The translations under genes were made by a program, and so were the position numbers. Of a stretch of DNA of 56,155 nt, positions 28,807 to 37,961 are shown piece after piece. Below the pieces are notes generated by a model. It did not search any database. It saw only the letters and a program-made list of their open reading frames with translations, and was not told the origin of the DNA. Position 1 is the first letter of the stretch. Each line of letters starts with the position of its first letter. This stretch comes from a virus (taxonomy: Duplodnaviria > Caudoviricetes). The stretch covers positions 1 through 56,155 of the IMG/VR virus record IMGVR_UViG_3300032287_004275, one strand, 5' to 3'.

Positions 28807-29420
28807 CAACTGTTGGAGTTACAATAATTGTAGCATTGATTACTGCTGTAGTTGGACCTATAATTGTTAACTGGGTTAAATTAAAAATGGAAAATAAAGA
28901 TGCTTCTACCCCAATGAGAGATGCTCTTGAAACTTCCACACTAATTGATACTCAATTAGAGCAAATAATGGAAGAACTAGAATGTGATCGAATTTGGATA
29001 GCCCAATTCCATAATGGAGGATATTTTTACCCCACAGGAAGATCAATTCAGAAATTTTCTATATTTTACGAAAAATGTACCCCCGAAACCCTAACCATTC
29101 AAAATACATTCCAAAATATTCCAGTATCTTTATTTCCTAGAGTATTATCTAAAGTATACAAAGACAATGAATTGTCAATTGAGGATGTTGAAGTAGAAGA
29201 AGATACATATGGTTTAGAATATATAACAACTCAATTTGGTACTAAATCAATTTGTATGGTTGGTTTACATAGTTTAGATAATCATTTAATAGGTGTACTA
29301 GCTATTTCATTTCTAAATCCCCACCACATCACAAGAGATGAATGGATTTATATAAGACAAAAAGTAGGAGTTGTAGGAACATTACTTTCCGAATATTTAT
29401 ACACGACTAATAAAAAATAA
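28803..29420 (+). CDS. single-TM GAF-domain protein, candidate T4-T-like holin
   Basis: N-terminal TM; CDRIWIAQFHNGG...LIGVLAISF GAF pattern. Confidence 0.5.
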   Translation: MTTVGVTIIVALITAVVGPIIVNWVKLKMENKDASTPMRDALETSTLIDTQLEQIMEELECDRIWIAQFHNGGYFYPTGRSIQKFSIFYEKCTPETLTIQNTFQNIPVSLFPRVLSKVYKDNELSIEDVEVEEDTYGLEYITTQFGTKSICMVGLHSLDNHLIGVLAISFLNPHHITRDEWIYIRQKVGVVGTLLSEYLYTTNKK

Positions 29421-29423
29421 AAA

Positions 29424-29978
29424 ATGGATAATTTTGACTTAAAAAAATTCTTAAAAGAAAGTAAAGCTATTGAGAATTTAAACCCTATATTAAAAAAAGA
29501 TAATCTTAGTGAAATCAACATGCGTGATAAAATCAAAGAAATGATTTTAGCTGAACTAGAATTGGATGTTAATGACCCTGATAGAACTGATGCTGCAGAA
29601 GCAAGTGCTTATGATCCACTATATGAAGGCGATGATAAAGAAGAAGAGGATACAGAAAAAGAAGAAGCTTATATAGAGGGAGGTTTTGGTAGTTTTGAAG
29701 AAGCTAAAAAGAAAAAAGGAGAAGAAGTAGAAGATGTTGAAACAACAGATGTTGAAACAACCGATACAACTGAAGAAGTACCTGCTGAGGAAGCACCTGT
29801 AGCAGGTGGTTTAGAAGATGTAGCTGCTAATATGGAGGGTACAGAATCTGAATTAATGGGACACTTAATGGATGCCCTTAAAATTTCTAAAGGAATGGGC
29901 AATGAAAAACTTGAAACACAAATTGGAAATACACTTAAATTTTTCGTTAGCGAATATATTGGAAGTGGACAAGAGTAA
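29424..29978 (+). CDS. acidic putative internal head protein
   Basis: MDNFDLKKFLKE leader, many LxE sites. Confidence 0.65.
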   Translation: MDNFDLKKFLKESKAIENLNPILKKDNLSEINMRDKIKEMILAELELDVNDPDRTDAAEASAYDPLYEGDDKEEEDTEKEEAYIEGGFGSFEEAKKKKGEEVEDVETTDVETTDTTEEVPAEEAPVAGGLEDVAANMEGTESELMGHLMDALKISKGMGNEKLETQIGNTLKFFVSEYIGSGQE

Positions 29979-30007
29979 ATAATTAAATCTATATAAAAAT
30001 AAAATCT

Positions 30008-30178
30008 ATGAACACAACAGAAATTTTAGAAACAATTAAAGCAGAAGTAGCTATTTTAGAAACAGAACATGCAAAAACTTCAAAAGCAGCTCGCGGTAGA
30101 GCACGTAGTGCAGCTAACACAATTAAAAAATTAGCAGCTGAATTTAAAAAGACTTCAACTGCAGAAGACAAAGCGTAA
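30008..30178 (+). CDS. histone H1-like Hc1 family protein (56 aa, absent from ORF track)
   Basis: MNTTEILETIKAEVAILETEHAKTSKAARGRARSAANTIKKLAAEFKKTSTAEDKA. Confidence 0.75.
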   Translation: MNTTEILETIKAEVAILETEHAKTSKAARGRARSAANTIKKLAAEFKKTSTAEDKA

Positions 30179-31026
30179 TGCAAAAAAAAAGAACCAATTT
30201 ATCAATTAAGAAATCCAACGGAACTTCCGTTGGATCTTTTGGTTCTTTAAATGAAGGATTTATCCCAACCCCTGAACAATCACAGGAAATAGTAGATAAA
30301 TTTAAATCCATTATCAATACTCGTTTAGATAAATTATATGATACTAAAGGAGCAGATGGGGAATTGTATGCTTACGGTATTGCTGTTAATCAAGTAAAGA
30401 AAAAAACAGAACCAGGTGAAGAAACACCTACAGAAGAAACACCAACAAAAAAACCAATGGATAAAGATCAAAAATTAAAAGAAATGATTCAAGCGGCTTT
30501 GTCTAAGCCATTAGAAGAAAAGAAAAAATCTTTCCCTGATTTAACAGGTGATGGTAAAGTAACCCAAGCTGATATTTTAAAAGCAAGAGGGGTTGAATTA
30601 GATGAAGATCTTGATTTAGGTCACCAAGATGATGAACCACATATGCTTAAAGCTGATCTATATCGTATTGGAAAATATGCTATGGAACTTTATAAAATGG
30701 TTGATCAATTTGAAGGTGAACAAGAAGTTGATTTCCCACATTGGTGGCAATCCAAAATCATTAAAGCTAAAGATATGTTAATCTCAGCAAAACATTATCT
30801 TGATTTTGAATTAAAAGAACCTCAAGTTGATGCTATGGTAGATGTTGCTTCTGAAGAAGAAGCAATTGACGAAATGTCAAAAAAACAAATTAAAAAACGT
30901 GGTGAAATATTTGATGCTTTAAAAGCTAAAGGTATGTCTGATGAAAAAGCAGGTAAAATTGCTACATCAACAGCAATGAAGAAAAAAATTAAAGAAGCTA
31001 TTTTAGCTAAACTTAAAAATAAATAA
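30178..31026 (+). CDS. multi-module putative head protein
   Basis: EF-hand/dockerin-like DLTGDGKVTQAD; DFPHWWQSKI module; LxE linkers. Confidence 0.65.
   Translation: MQKKRTNLSIKKSNGTSVGSFGSLNEGFIPTPEQSQEIVDKFKSIINTRLDKLYDTKGADGELYAYGIAVNQVKKKTEPGEETPTEETPTKKPMDKDQKLKEMIQAALSKPLEEKKKSFPDLTGDGKVTQADILKARGVELDEDLDLGHQDDEPHMLKADLYRIGKYAMELYKMVDQFEGEQEVDFPHWWQSKIIKAKDMLISAKHYLDFELKEPQVDAMVDVASEEEAIDEMSKKQIKKRGEIFDALKAKGMSDEKAGKIATSTAMKKKIKEAILAKLKNK
30213..30248 (+). terminator. terminator-like hairpin after Hc1, inside next ORF
   Basis: ATCCAACGGA-ACT-TCCGTTGGAT then CTTTTGGTTCTTT. Confidence 0.55.
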
Positions 31027-31490
31027 TGACTCGCGACCAACTAAAAAATAGAATCAGAGGTTTAATAAAACAGGTTTATACTGTAAACGCAGTAACACCT
31101 GAAGAAGCTGCTCAATATGATGAGTTAACTAAATTTCCTGAACTTAAAGCAGTTATAGTTGATTTATTGACAGATGAATATGATAATTTTTTAGATTCAA
31201 TTGATTGGGTAGCACCACGTCCTACTACATTTAGAATTAATTTAAAAAATGGTCAAGATTTTTATTTAATGTATGGCAAACGTAGTTGGATTGCCCAAGT
31301 TCAAGGTAAAAAGTACTATTTACTTAATTTACCAGAAGAAGAAAGAGCAGCAGAAGCCATTGCTCGTATTTTAAGATACGGAACTAAAGAAGAAACAACT
31401 GGAGAAGAAGCAGGATTTGAACCACCATCAACTGAAACACCAGCTGAAACCCCAGCTGAAACCCCACCAACAGAAGAAACCCCAGCATAA
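31026..31490 (+). CDS. hypothetical protein with PAET C-terminal repeats
   Basis: ORF track. Confidence 0.7.
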   Translation: MTRDQLKNRIRGLIKQVYTVNAVTPEEAAQYDELTKFPELKAVIVDLLTDEYDNFLDSIDWVAPRPTTFRINLKNGQDFYLMYGKRSWIAQVQGKKYYLLNLPEEERAAEAIARILRYGTKEETTGEEAGFEPPSTETPAETPAETPPTEETPA

Positions 31491-32716
31491 TGGATATATT
31501 AGAACAGTTTTTACATAGTATAGCTTATAAGTTTCCTAAAGGATATCCTGATCTAAAAAATAAACAGGATTATTTATTACTTGAACGTGAATTATTTAAA
31601 CATAATATTGATTTAAGAGAGGGAACTAAAGCATCTAATACGCGTAAAGCAATTGATGCTATTGTTAATTCCCAAGAAGGTAAAGCAGCTGGTTTAGCAA
31701 AAATGAAAGATACCTATAGAATAGGCAACGTCAATAAAATAGATAAAGATAAATTTATTGAAATTTTAAACAAAGTATTTAATTCACCTAAAATTAAAGT
31801 ATATGGTCCTAAAGAAGGACCTAACGATAGTTCAAAATATAACATGTTTGAATTTGAATTAGAAGGTGAAGGTCAAGTTCAAATTACTTTAGCAGGTGGG
31901 GCAAATGAAGGTGAAAAATATGAACAAGGTTTACTTGGAAAATTAAAATCGTTTGCTGGAACTCCGTTAGATTCAATAGATGATTATGAAGTAAAACAAA
32001 TATTTACTACTTTAGGAATAGACCCAACCCAATTAACCCCAGAAGATATTTACTTTGCAGGTGCATCTGATACTTCAAGAAAACTTTCATTTGATGGACC
32101 TCAAAAAATAGGTGATGTTATTGCAGATATTGTAATTGAAGCCCCAAACCAAACATATTATTTATCAATTAAAAATGTTGGTGGTTCTGCTATTTACAAT
32201 GGTGGAAATATACCATTTATTGTATTTGATAAAGAAGGTAAAGTAATATTTGATCAATCCAAATATCAAGATAATCCATTATTTGCAGATATATTTGACA
32301 CTTTAAATATTGATTCTCAAAGAATAGCAGATGGGTTAAACAATTACATTAATCAAACAGGTACACCAAATAGTTGGGAATCTGTTAGTGGAATTGATGT
32401 AAATAAAGTTAAAAATCTTTTAGCTTCATCTTTTGGATATGGTTATTGGTATGTTAGAGAAAAACCTGGAGGAAAATTATTCATGTACCACGTAGCAACC
32501 CCAGAGGATGCTTATAAAATGGTAGGTGATCTTAAATCAGATTCAGTCAAAGTAAAATACCCAGGCCCAACTACAAAAGTACTTGAAGTTCGAATTGAAA
32601 CTGAAAGTGAAGTGCTAGAAGGAGGTAAAAACGTTCCTTTAGTATATCAAATTGTAGCTAGGAATGCTGCTGGTAAAGTATTACCATTACGAATGAATAT
32701 TAGAACAAATAAATAA
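31490..32716 (+). CDS. restriction-endonuclease-fold protein
   Basis: NEGEKYE...ADIVIE...YLSIK resembles a PD-(D/E)xK core. Confidence 0.45.
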   Translation: MDILEQFLHSIAYKFPKGYPDLKNKQDYLLLERELFKHNIDLREGTKASNTRKAIDAIVNSQEGKAAGLAKMKDTYRIGNVNKIDKDKFIEILNKVFNSPKIKVYGPKEGPNDSSKYNMFEFELEGEGQVQITLAGGANEGEKYEQGLLGKLKSFAGTPLDSIDDYEVKQIFTTLGIDPTQLTPEDIYFAGASDTSRKLSFDGPQKIGDVIADIVIEAPNQTYYLSIKNVGGSAIYNGGNIPFIVFDKEGKVIFDQSKYQDNPLFADIFDTLNIDSQRIADGLNNYINQTGTPNSWESVSGIDVNKVKNLLASSFGYGYWYVREKPGGKLFMYHVATPEDAYKMVGDLKSDSVKVKYPGPTTKVLEVRIETESEVLEGGKNVPLVYQIVARNAAGKVLPLRMNIRTNK

Positions 32717-32727
32717 TATTTATAAAC

Positions 32728-33402
32728 ATGGAACGCCTAAGAAAATTAATAAAAGAAGTACTTTCCACACCACCAAAAAAAGACAAATGTAATTGTGGTT
32801 GTCACGATTGTGATAATGTAGGTAATGCTGGTGTAGTATTAAATGAAAGTATTGCCCCAAAGCAGATCTTATCTGAAAATCTGCGATATCATGTGGAAAA
32901 TAAATTACCACTAACCGAAAACACATTCCGTTATGGTTCCGAATCTTTCCTTAATTTATGGGCAGAAGCTCGTTCTTTGTATTTACGTGAAATAATTCAT
33001 GTAAATGATGATGATAAGGAAATTTTAGAGGAAACTGATTTAGGTAACTTTGGTATATATGAAAACCAAAAAGTACCTTTAGATTTACTTTTACTTGAAA
33101 GTGAAGAACTTGAAGAAGCTGAAGGTAAAAAGAAAACCCCACCAATTGGAAAACCAAAACGGGGTGGACCCAAAAAATTCTACGTTTACGTAAGGGATAA
33201 AGGCAAAGTTAAAAAAGTATCTTTTGGAGACACAACAGGCCTTTCAGCTAAAATAAACAACCCAGAGGCACGTCGTGCATTTGCAAAACGTCATGATTGT
33301 GCTAATAAAACAGATAGAACAAAAGCATCCTATTGGAGCTGTCGCTTACCAAGATATGCTAAATTATTAGGTTTAAAATCATCCTTTTCAGGATTTTGGT
33401 GA
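32728..33402 (+). CDS. hypothetical with basic C-terminal domain
   Basis: KKFYVYV..KKVSFGD..RRAFAKRHDC..YWSC. Confidence 0.7.
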   Translation: MERLRKLIKEVLSTPPKKDKCNCGCHDCDNVGNAGVVLNESIAPKQILSENLRYHVENKLPLTENTFRYGSESFLNLWAEARSLYLREIIHVNDDDKEILEETDLGNFGIYENQKVPLDLLLLESEELEEAEGKKKTPPIGKPKRGGPKKFYVYVRDKGKVKKVSFGDTTGLSAKINNPEARRAFAKRHDCANKTDRTKASYWSCRLPRYAKLLGLKSSFSGFW

Positions 33403-33415
33403 TAAAAAATAAATT

Positions 33416-33781
33416 ATGGAAAATTGCGCAAAATTAGTATCCTTCTTGTTTCACTCTAGAACACAAGCACACGTATTTCACTTACAAACAACTTCATTTG
33501 CTGAACATAAAGCATTAAATGACTATTATGATGGTATAGTTGATTTAGTAGATGGTTTAGTTGAATCTTATCAAGGTAAATATGGTGTTTTAAGAGGATA
33601 TTCAAATTACCCACTTTTAGAGTACACAGACAAAAATCAAGTAATAACTTATTTTGAGGCTTTGGTTAGTAAAGTTTGTGCTTTGAGAGAAGGAGTTACA
33701 GATTCTTACATACAAAATCAAATTGATACTGTTATGGAATTAATAGAATCAACTCTATACAAATTAAAATGTCTAAGCTAA
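33416..33781 (+). CDS. ferritin/Dps-like four-helix protein (DUF5856-like)
   Basis: AHVFHLQTTSFAEHKALNDYYD..D.LVESYQG. Confidence 0.75.
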   Translation: MENCAKLVSFLFHSRTQAHVFHLQTTSFAEHKALNDYYDGIVDLVDGLVESYQGKYGVLRGYSNYPLLEYTDKNQVITYFEALVSKVCALREGVTDSYIQNQIDTVMELIESTLYKLKCLS

Positions 33782-34236
33782 TAAATTTAGTTAGAGAAGT
33801 CCTACAAGAGGAAAAAGAAAAACGCGATAGATGTTTACGCATTGCTGATCGCAAGTTCGATAAACCTTCCGCTTATAAATCTGGCGCTGTAGTTAGATGT
33901 CGTAAGGGAGATATCTGGAAAGGCATAAAAGAAACAGATGACCCACAATCAGGTAAAGCTGCTCCTTATGGATCAGGATTTTCTAAAGTTACAGAAGAAT
34001 TAATTCTTGAAAAAGTAAAGGAAACATTACGCACTTGGTTTTCACGTAAAGGTGAACCTGGTAAAAAAGGTGGATGGGTTGATTGTAACACTTGCCGTGA
34101 AGTAGACGGTAAAACAAAATGTAAAGCATGTGGTAGGGAAAAAGGAGAAAAACGCTCAAAATATCCTTCATGTCGTCCTACACCTGCACAATGTAAATCA
34201 CCTGGTAAAGGTGAAAAATGGGGTAAAACAAAATAA
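33769..34236 (+). CDS. basic Cys-containing protein (DUF5872-like)
   Basis: PSAYKSGAVVRCRK; LRTWF..WVD..YPSCRP. Confidence 0.55.
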   Translation: MSKLINLVREVLQEEKEKRDRCLRIADRKFDKPSAYKSGAVVRCRKGDIWKGIKETDDPQSGKAAPYGSGFSKVTEELILEKVKETLRTWFSRKGEPGKKGGWVDCNTCREVDGKTKCKACGREKGEKRSKYPSCRPTPAQCKSPGKGEKWGKTK

Positions 34237-34238
34237 AT

Positions 34239-34676
34239 ATGGATAATTTTGATTTAAGAAAATATTTAGCTGAAGGTAAATTATATGAAGCTGCTATGGC
34301 TTGCCCTTTACCTACTCAAGATTTAGAACTTAACACTAAAAATAGAGACTCATCTATTAAAGCAGATTATATTAAATATGGTCCTTTAAATGTTGATGAA
34401 CCTGGAGATTATTGGGATGAATTAGCAGAACATTGGGACACAACAGTTGAAGCTGCCAAACAATCTTTATGTGCTAATTGTGCAGCATTTGATATTTCTC
34501 CAAGAATGGAAGATTGTATGCCTGGCCCATTATCAGATGAAGACGGTAGATTAGGATATTGTTGGATGCATAGTTTCAAATGCCACTCAGCTCGTACTTG
34601 TAGAACTTGGGCTAAAGGTGGTCCTATTGTAAAAGATAGTATATCTTACGAATGGCAAGAACGTAAAGAAAAATGA
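34239..34676 (+). CDS. Cys-rich metal-binding protein
   Basis: CANC, GYC..FKCHSARTC..W; MDNFDL leader. Confidence 0.65.
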   Translation: MDNFDLRKYLAEGKLYEAAMACPLPTQDLELNTKNRDSSIKADYIKYGPLNVDEPGDYWDELAEHWDTTVEAAKQSLCANCAAFDISPRMEDCMPGPLSDEDGRLGYCWMHSFKCHSARTCRTWAKGGPIVKDSISYEWQERKEK

Positions 34677-34933
34677 CCCCATACACCGACATAGAAGTTA
34701 CAGACAAATATATTATTCGTGAGTTTAACGAAAATATAGATCCAATTGAATTGCTATGGCATCGTGATAACGAAGATAGAACAGTTGAAATTTTAGAAGA
34801 CACAGATTGGAAACTTCAATTAGATAATAGCTTGCCTACCTCACTTAAAGAACGTATATTTATACCAAGACACGAGTGGCATAGAGTCATTAAAGGAACA
34901 GGAACATTAAAGTTAAAGATACATAAATCATGA
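34673..34933 (+). CDS. cupin-like protein
   Basis: WHRD..R; IFIPRHEWHRVIKG. Confidence 0.65.
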   Translation: MTPYTDIEVTDKYIIREFNENIDPIELLWHRDNEDRTVEILEDTDWKLQLDNSLPTSLKERIFIPRHEWHRVIKGTGTLKLKIHKS

Positions 34934-35208
34934 AAAAAACCGATTTAAAAAATACAATTAAAGAAGAAATTAAAAAAATCTTATCTGAAGAAAGAGACCC
35001 ACAACAAATGGCTTTAATTCGTGGTGCTTTAGCTCAAATTAAAGAAGCTGGAGACGAAGCATTAAATGCTATGACTAGAAATCTTTCAGCAGATGAGGCA
35101 CAGCAATTGAATTTGCTCATCGCAAAAGGGATAGGAAAAACATTTCCTAGAACATCCCCAGATTCCCCAGCTGCTAATCCATATTTAACCCCTGGAACAA
35201 CAGATTAA
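34930..35208 (+). CDS. hypothetical with LKNTIKEEIKKILSE leader
   Basis: ORF track. Confidence 0.7.
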   Translation: MKKTDLKNTIKEEIKKILSEERDPQQMALIRGALAQIKEAGDEALNAMTRNLSADEAQQLNLLIAKGIGKTFPRTSPDSPAANPYLTPGTTD

Positions 35209-35259
35209 CATTTAGCCAGTTCCTAATTATAAAAGATAAAAAAATTTAAAATTAAAAAA

Positions 35260-35796
35260 ATGAAAAAAGAAACTTTACGTATGCAGATGTTGGCGGGTAT
35301 CATTACTGAAAGTCAATATAAAGAAAAAATTCAAGAAAATAAAGTTGAAGGAATTGATGTTTCCCAAGTAAAAGATTTGATGAGTGATCCTAATGTTAAA
35401 AAAATGGCAGCTCAACTTAAATCAGACCCTAAATCTTTAAAAAATGCAATTAAATTTATTGCTGACCATAGTAAAGATAATACTTCTTTAGATGAAGAAC
35501 AATCCCTTGAAGAAGGATCCCTTAAAGATAGAATCAATTCAATTCTTTTAGGATCAGGAATTGCCGCTCCTATAGGATGGTTATTTGGATTTATGGCAGA
35601 TTCACAGTCTGTTGATGCTAGTTTACATGGCTTAGCAACTGCATTAACAGCAGCAATAATGATTGGTGGGATGGTTGCTCTTGGTACAACTCATGATAAA
35701 ACTCCTCAAAATCCAACAAAACAAGATATGAATGAGGTTGAAATAAGTGTTGAAGACCAAATTCAAAAAATTATTGATTTAGGAAAATCAATGTAA
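35260..35796 (+). CDS. putative head-packaged membrane protein
   Basis: RMQMLAGII N-terminal motif; two hydrophobic helices. Confidence 0.65.
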   Translation: MKKETLRMQMLAGIITESQYKEKIQENKVEGIDVSQVKDLMSDPNVKKMAAQLKSDPKSLKNAIKFIADHSKDNTSLDEEQSLEEGSLKDRINSILLGSGIAAPIGWLFGFMADSQSVDASLHGLATALTAAIMIGGMVALGTTHDKTPQNPTKQDMNEVEISVEDQIQKIIDLGKSM

Positions 35797-35846
35797 TATA
35801 TAGACAGATTCATAGCCTGTCGACTTAAAAAAAAATTAGTAGAGCT

Positions 35847-35880
35847 GTGGCCTAATCTTTGGATTAGGTCACTTTTTTTT
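35847..35880 (+). terminator. intrinsic terminator
   Basis: GTGGCCTAATC-TTTG-GATTAGGTCAC followed by T8. Confidence 0.85.
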
Positions 35881-35904
35881 GTATCTTTAAATATAAAATA
35901 GAAT

Positions 35905-37227
35905 ATGGATAAAAAAATAGTAATAGTAGGAGCCGGTGTAGCAGGTGTAAATGCTGCAACTAAATTAGTGGATAATGGATACCCTGGAGAACTAATCACA
36001 GTAATTGATATGGGTAAAGATCCATACAACCGTAAACCTGAAGAAGTAATGACAGGATTTTTAGGTGCTGGAGGATGGAGTGATGGTAAATTAACTTACC
36101 ACACAGCAATTGGAGGACAATTATCCAAATACTGTGGTGAGGATAAAGCAATGGAATTGATGGATCAAGTGATTACCAATTTTAAACGTTTCCACCCTAA
36201 ACCAGAGGAAGTACAATGTTCAAATCCTGAATCTGAACCTGAATTTATTAAACCATATTTTGGTTTACGATTATTTCCTGTATGGCACGTTGGAACAGAT
36301 TATCTATCTGAAATTGCTAAAAATTGGTACAATTATTTAGTATCTAAAGGTGTTAAATTTGAATGGGGAGCTAAAGTTTATGCTATTGATTTTGAAAATA
36401 ATATAGTTAAATTTAAAAACCAAACCCACCCTGAACTTCAAGCTAATATACAATATGATGAACTTATATTTGCAGTAGGCAAATCAGGTATTGACTTTGC
36501 CCAACAGTTAGCTAACCAATACGAACTCCCAGATGAACCTAAATCAGTACAAATTGGTGTTCGATTTGAAGCACCACAAGAACACTTCCAAAAACTAATT
36601 GATATTTCATATGACTTTAAGTTATATAGAAAATTTGATGATGAAGGTGTTTCGTTACGTTCGTTTTGTACAAACAATAATGCTGCTTATGTTGCTGTAG
36701 AAGAAACATATGGAGATCATTCATATAACGGACATGCTAAGAAAGACGAAGCATATAGAAACAATATGACCAATTTTGGTATATTAATGGAAATTAATGG
36801 TATTGAAGATCCATTTGCTTGGTCACGTAATGTAGTTTCAAAATTGCAATTTAGAGGAACCGGTTTATATTATAGCCCAACTCGTACACCCTCAACTACA
36901 TCTGAAGGTAATGAAGTAACATCTTACCAAATTGAATTTTTAGATGGAGTAAGATTTGTAATGGATGGTTATTTCCAATATGTAGAAGATTTTATTGAAG
37001 ATATGAAAAAAGTATTCCCAACATTAAAAGATGACTGGGGAATTTATATACCAGAGGTAAAATATTTGTCACCTGAGGTTAAAGTAAATTATGAAAATCT
37101 TAGTTTGATCGATTACCCTAACGTGTACTTTGCTGGAGATGCTCTTTCCGCTCGTGGCATTAGCGTCTCAGGTGCGCAGGGTATTTACATAGCAGAAAGT
37201 CTTTTAAAGGAAAATAACGAGGAATAA
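35905..37227 (+). CDS. FAD-dependent oxidoreductase (COG2509-like)
   Basis: IVGAGVAG, GAGGWSDGKL, IGVRFE, RSFCTN, YFAGD. Confidence 0.85.
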   Translation: MDKKIVIVGAGVAGVNAATKLVDNGYPGELITVIDMGKDPYNRKPEEVMTGFLGAGGWSDGKLTYHTAIGGQLSKYCGEDKAMELMDQVITNFKRFHPKPEEVQCSNPESEPEFIKPYFGLRLFPVWHVGTDYLSEIAKNWYNYLVSKGVKFEWGAKVYAIDFENNIVKFKNQTHPELQANIQYDELIFAVGKSGIDFAQQLANQYELPDEPKSVQIGVRFEAPQEHFQKLIDISYDFKLYRKFDDEGVSLRSFCTNNNAAYVAVEETYGDHSYNGHAKKDEAYRNNMTNFGILMEINGIEDPFAWSRNVVSKLQFRGTGLYYSPTRTPSTTSEGNEVTSYQIEFLDGVRFVMDGYFQYVEDFIEDMKKVFPTLKDDWGIYIPEVKYLSPEVKVNYENLSLIDYPNVYFAGDALSARGISVSGAQGIYIAESLLKENNEE

Positions 37228-37260
37228 CAGTTTCTGGGGGTGTTACATATTTATTATTAT

Positions 37261-37956
37261 ATGAATAATTATTATATTTACTTTCACAAAAATCCCTTAA
37301 CCCAACAAATATTTTATGTTGGGTTAGGTTCTCATGTTATTTACCAAAAATATAAAAGGGCAGAAGATCTTAAAAAAAGAAATTCTCATTATAAGAATTA
37401 CATTAAAAAATATGGTGATCCTATTATTTCAATAATGCATGATAATTTAACTCAAGAAGAAGCATGTTTATTAGAAACCCAATATATAATTCAATTTGGA
37501 AGAAAACATTATGAAATTAATGGAATTTTAGTAAATCAAAGTTTAGGGGGGCAAGGAGGTAAACAAGGGGTTGAAGTAACTTCTGAAACTCGCCTAAAAC
37601 AATCTAATAAACTAAAAGGAATCCCTAAACCTGAAGGTTTTGGAGATAAGATTAAAAATAATAGAGATCATAAAGCCGCTAGTATAAAATCTGGAATTTC
37701 AAACAAAAATAGAGGCCATTACGATAAAGACAGTATTAGAAATAAAAAAATATCACAAAAGCTAAAAGGAAGAAAAGTAGATTGGACTGGAGATCTAATT
37801 CTCCAATTTGATACCCAAGGAAACTTTATCCAAGAATGGCCTAGCATAAGACAAGCAGGATTAGAAATCAAAGGAACTAGTGGTGAAACCATTAGAAAAT
37901 GCCTTAAGGGTTTACAAAAAACAGCTTATGGATTTGCTTGGAAATATAAAAAATAA
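37261..37956 (+). mobile_element. free-standing GIY-YIG homing endonuclease with NUMOD-type DNA-binding modules
   Basis: YYIYFH..FYVGLG..R..E..N core; C-terminal NUMOD1-like QFD.QGNFIQEW.S...KTAYGFAW. Confidence 0.8.
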
Positions 37957-37961
37957 TTAAT

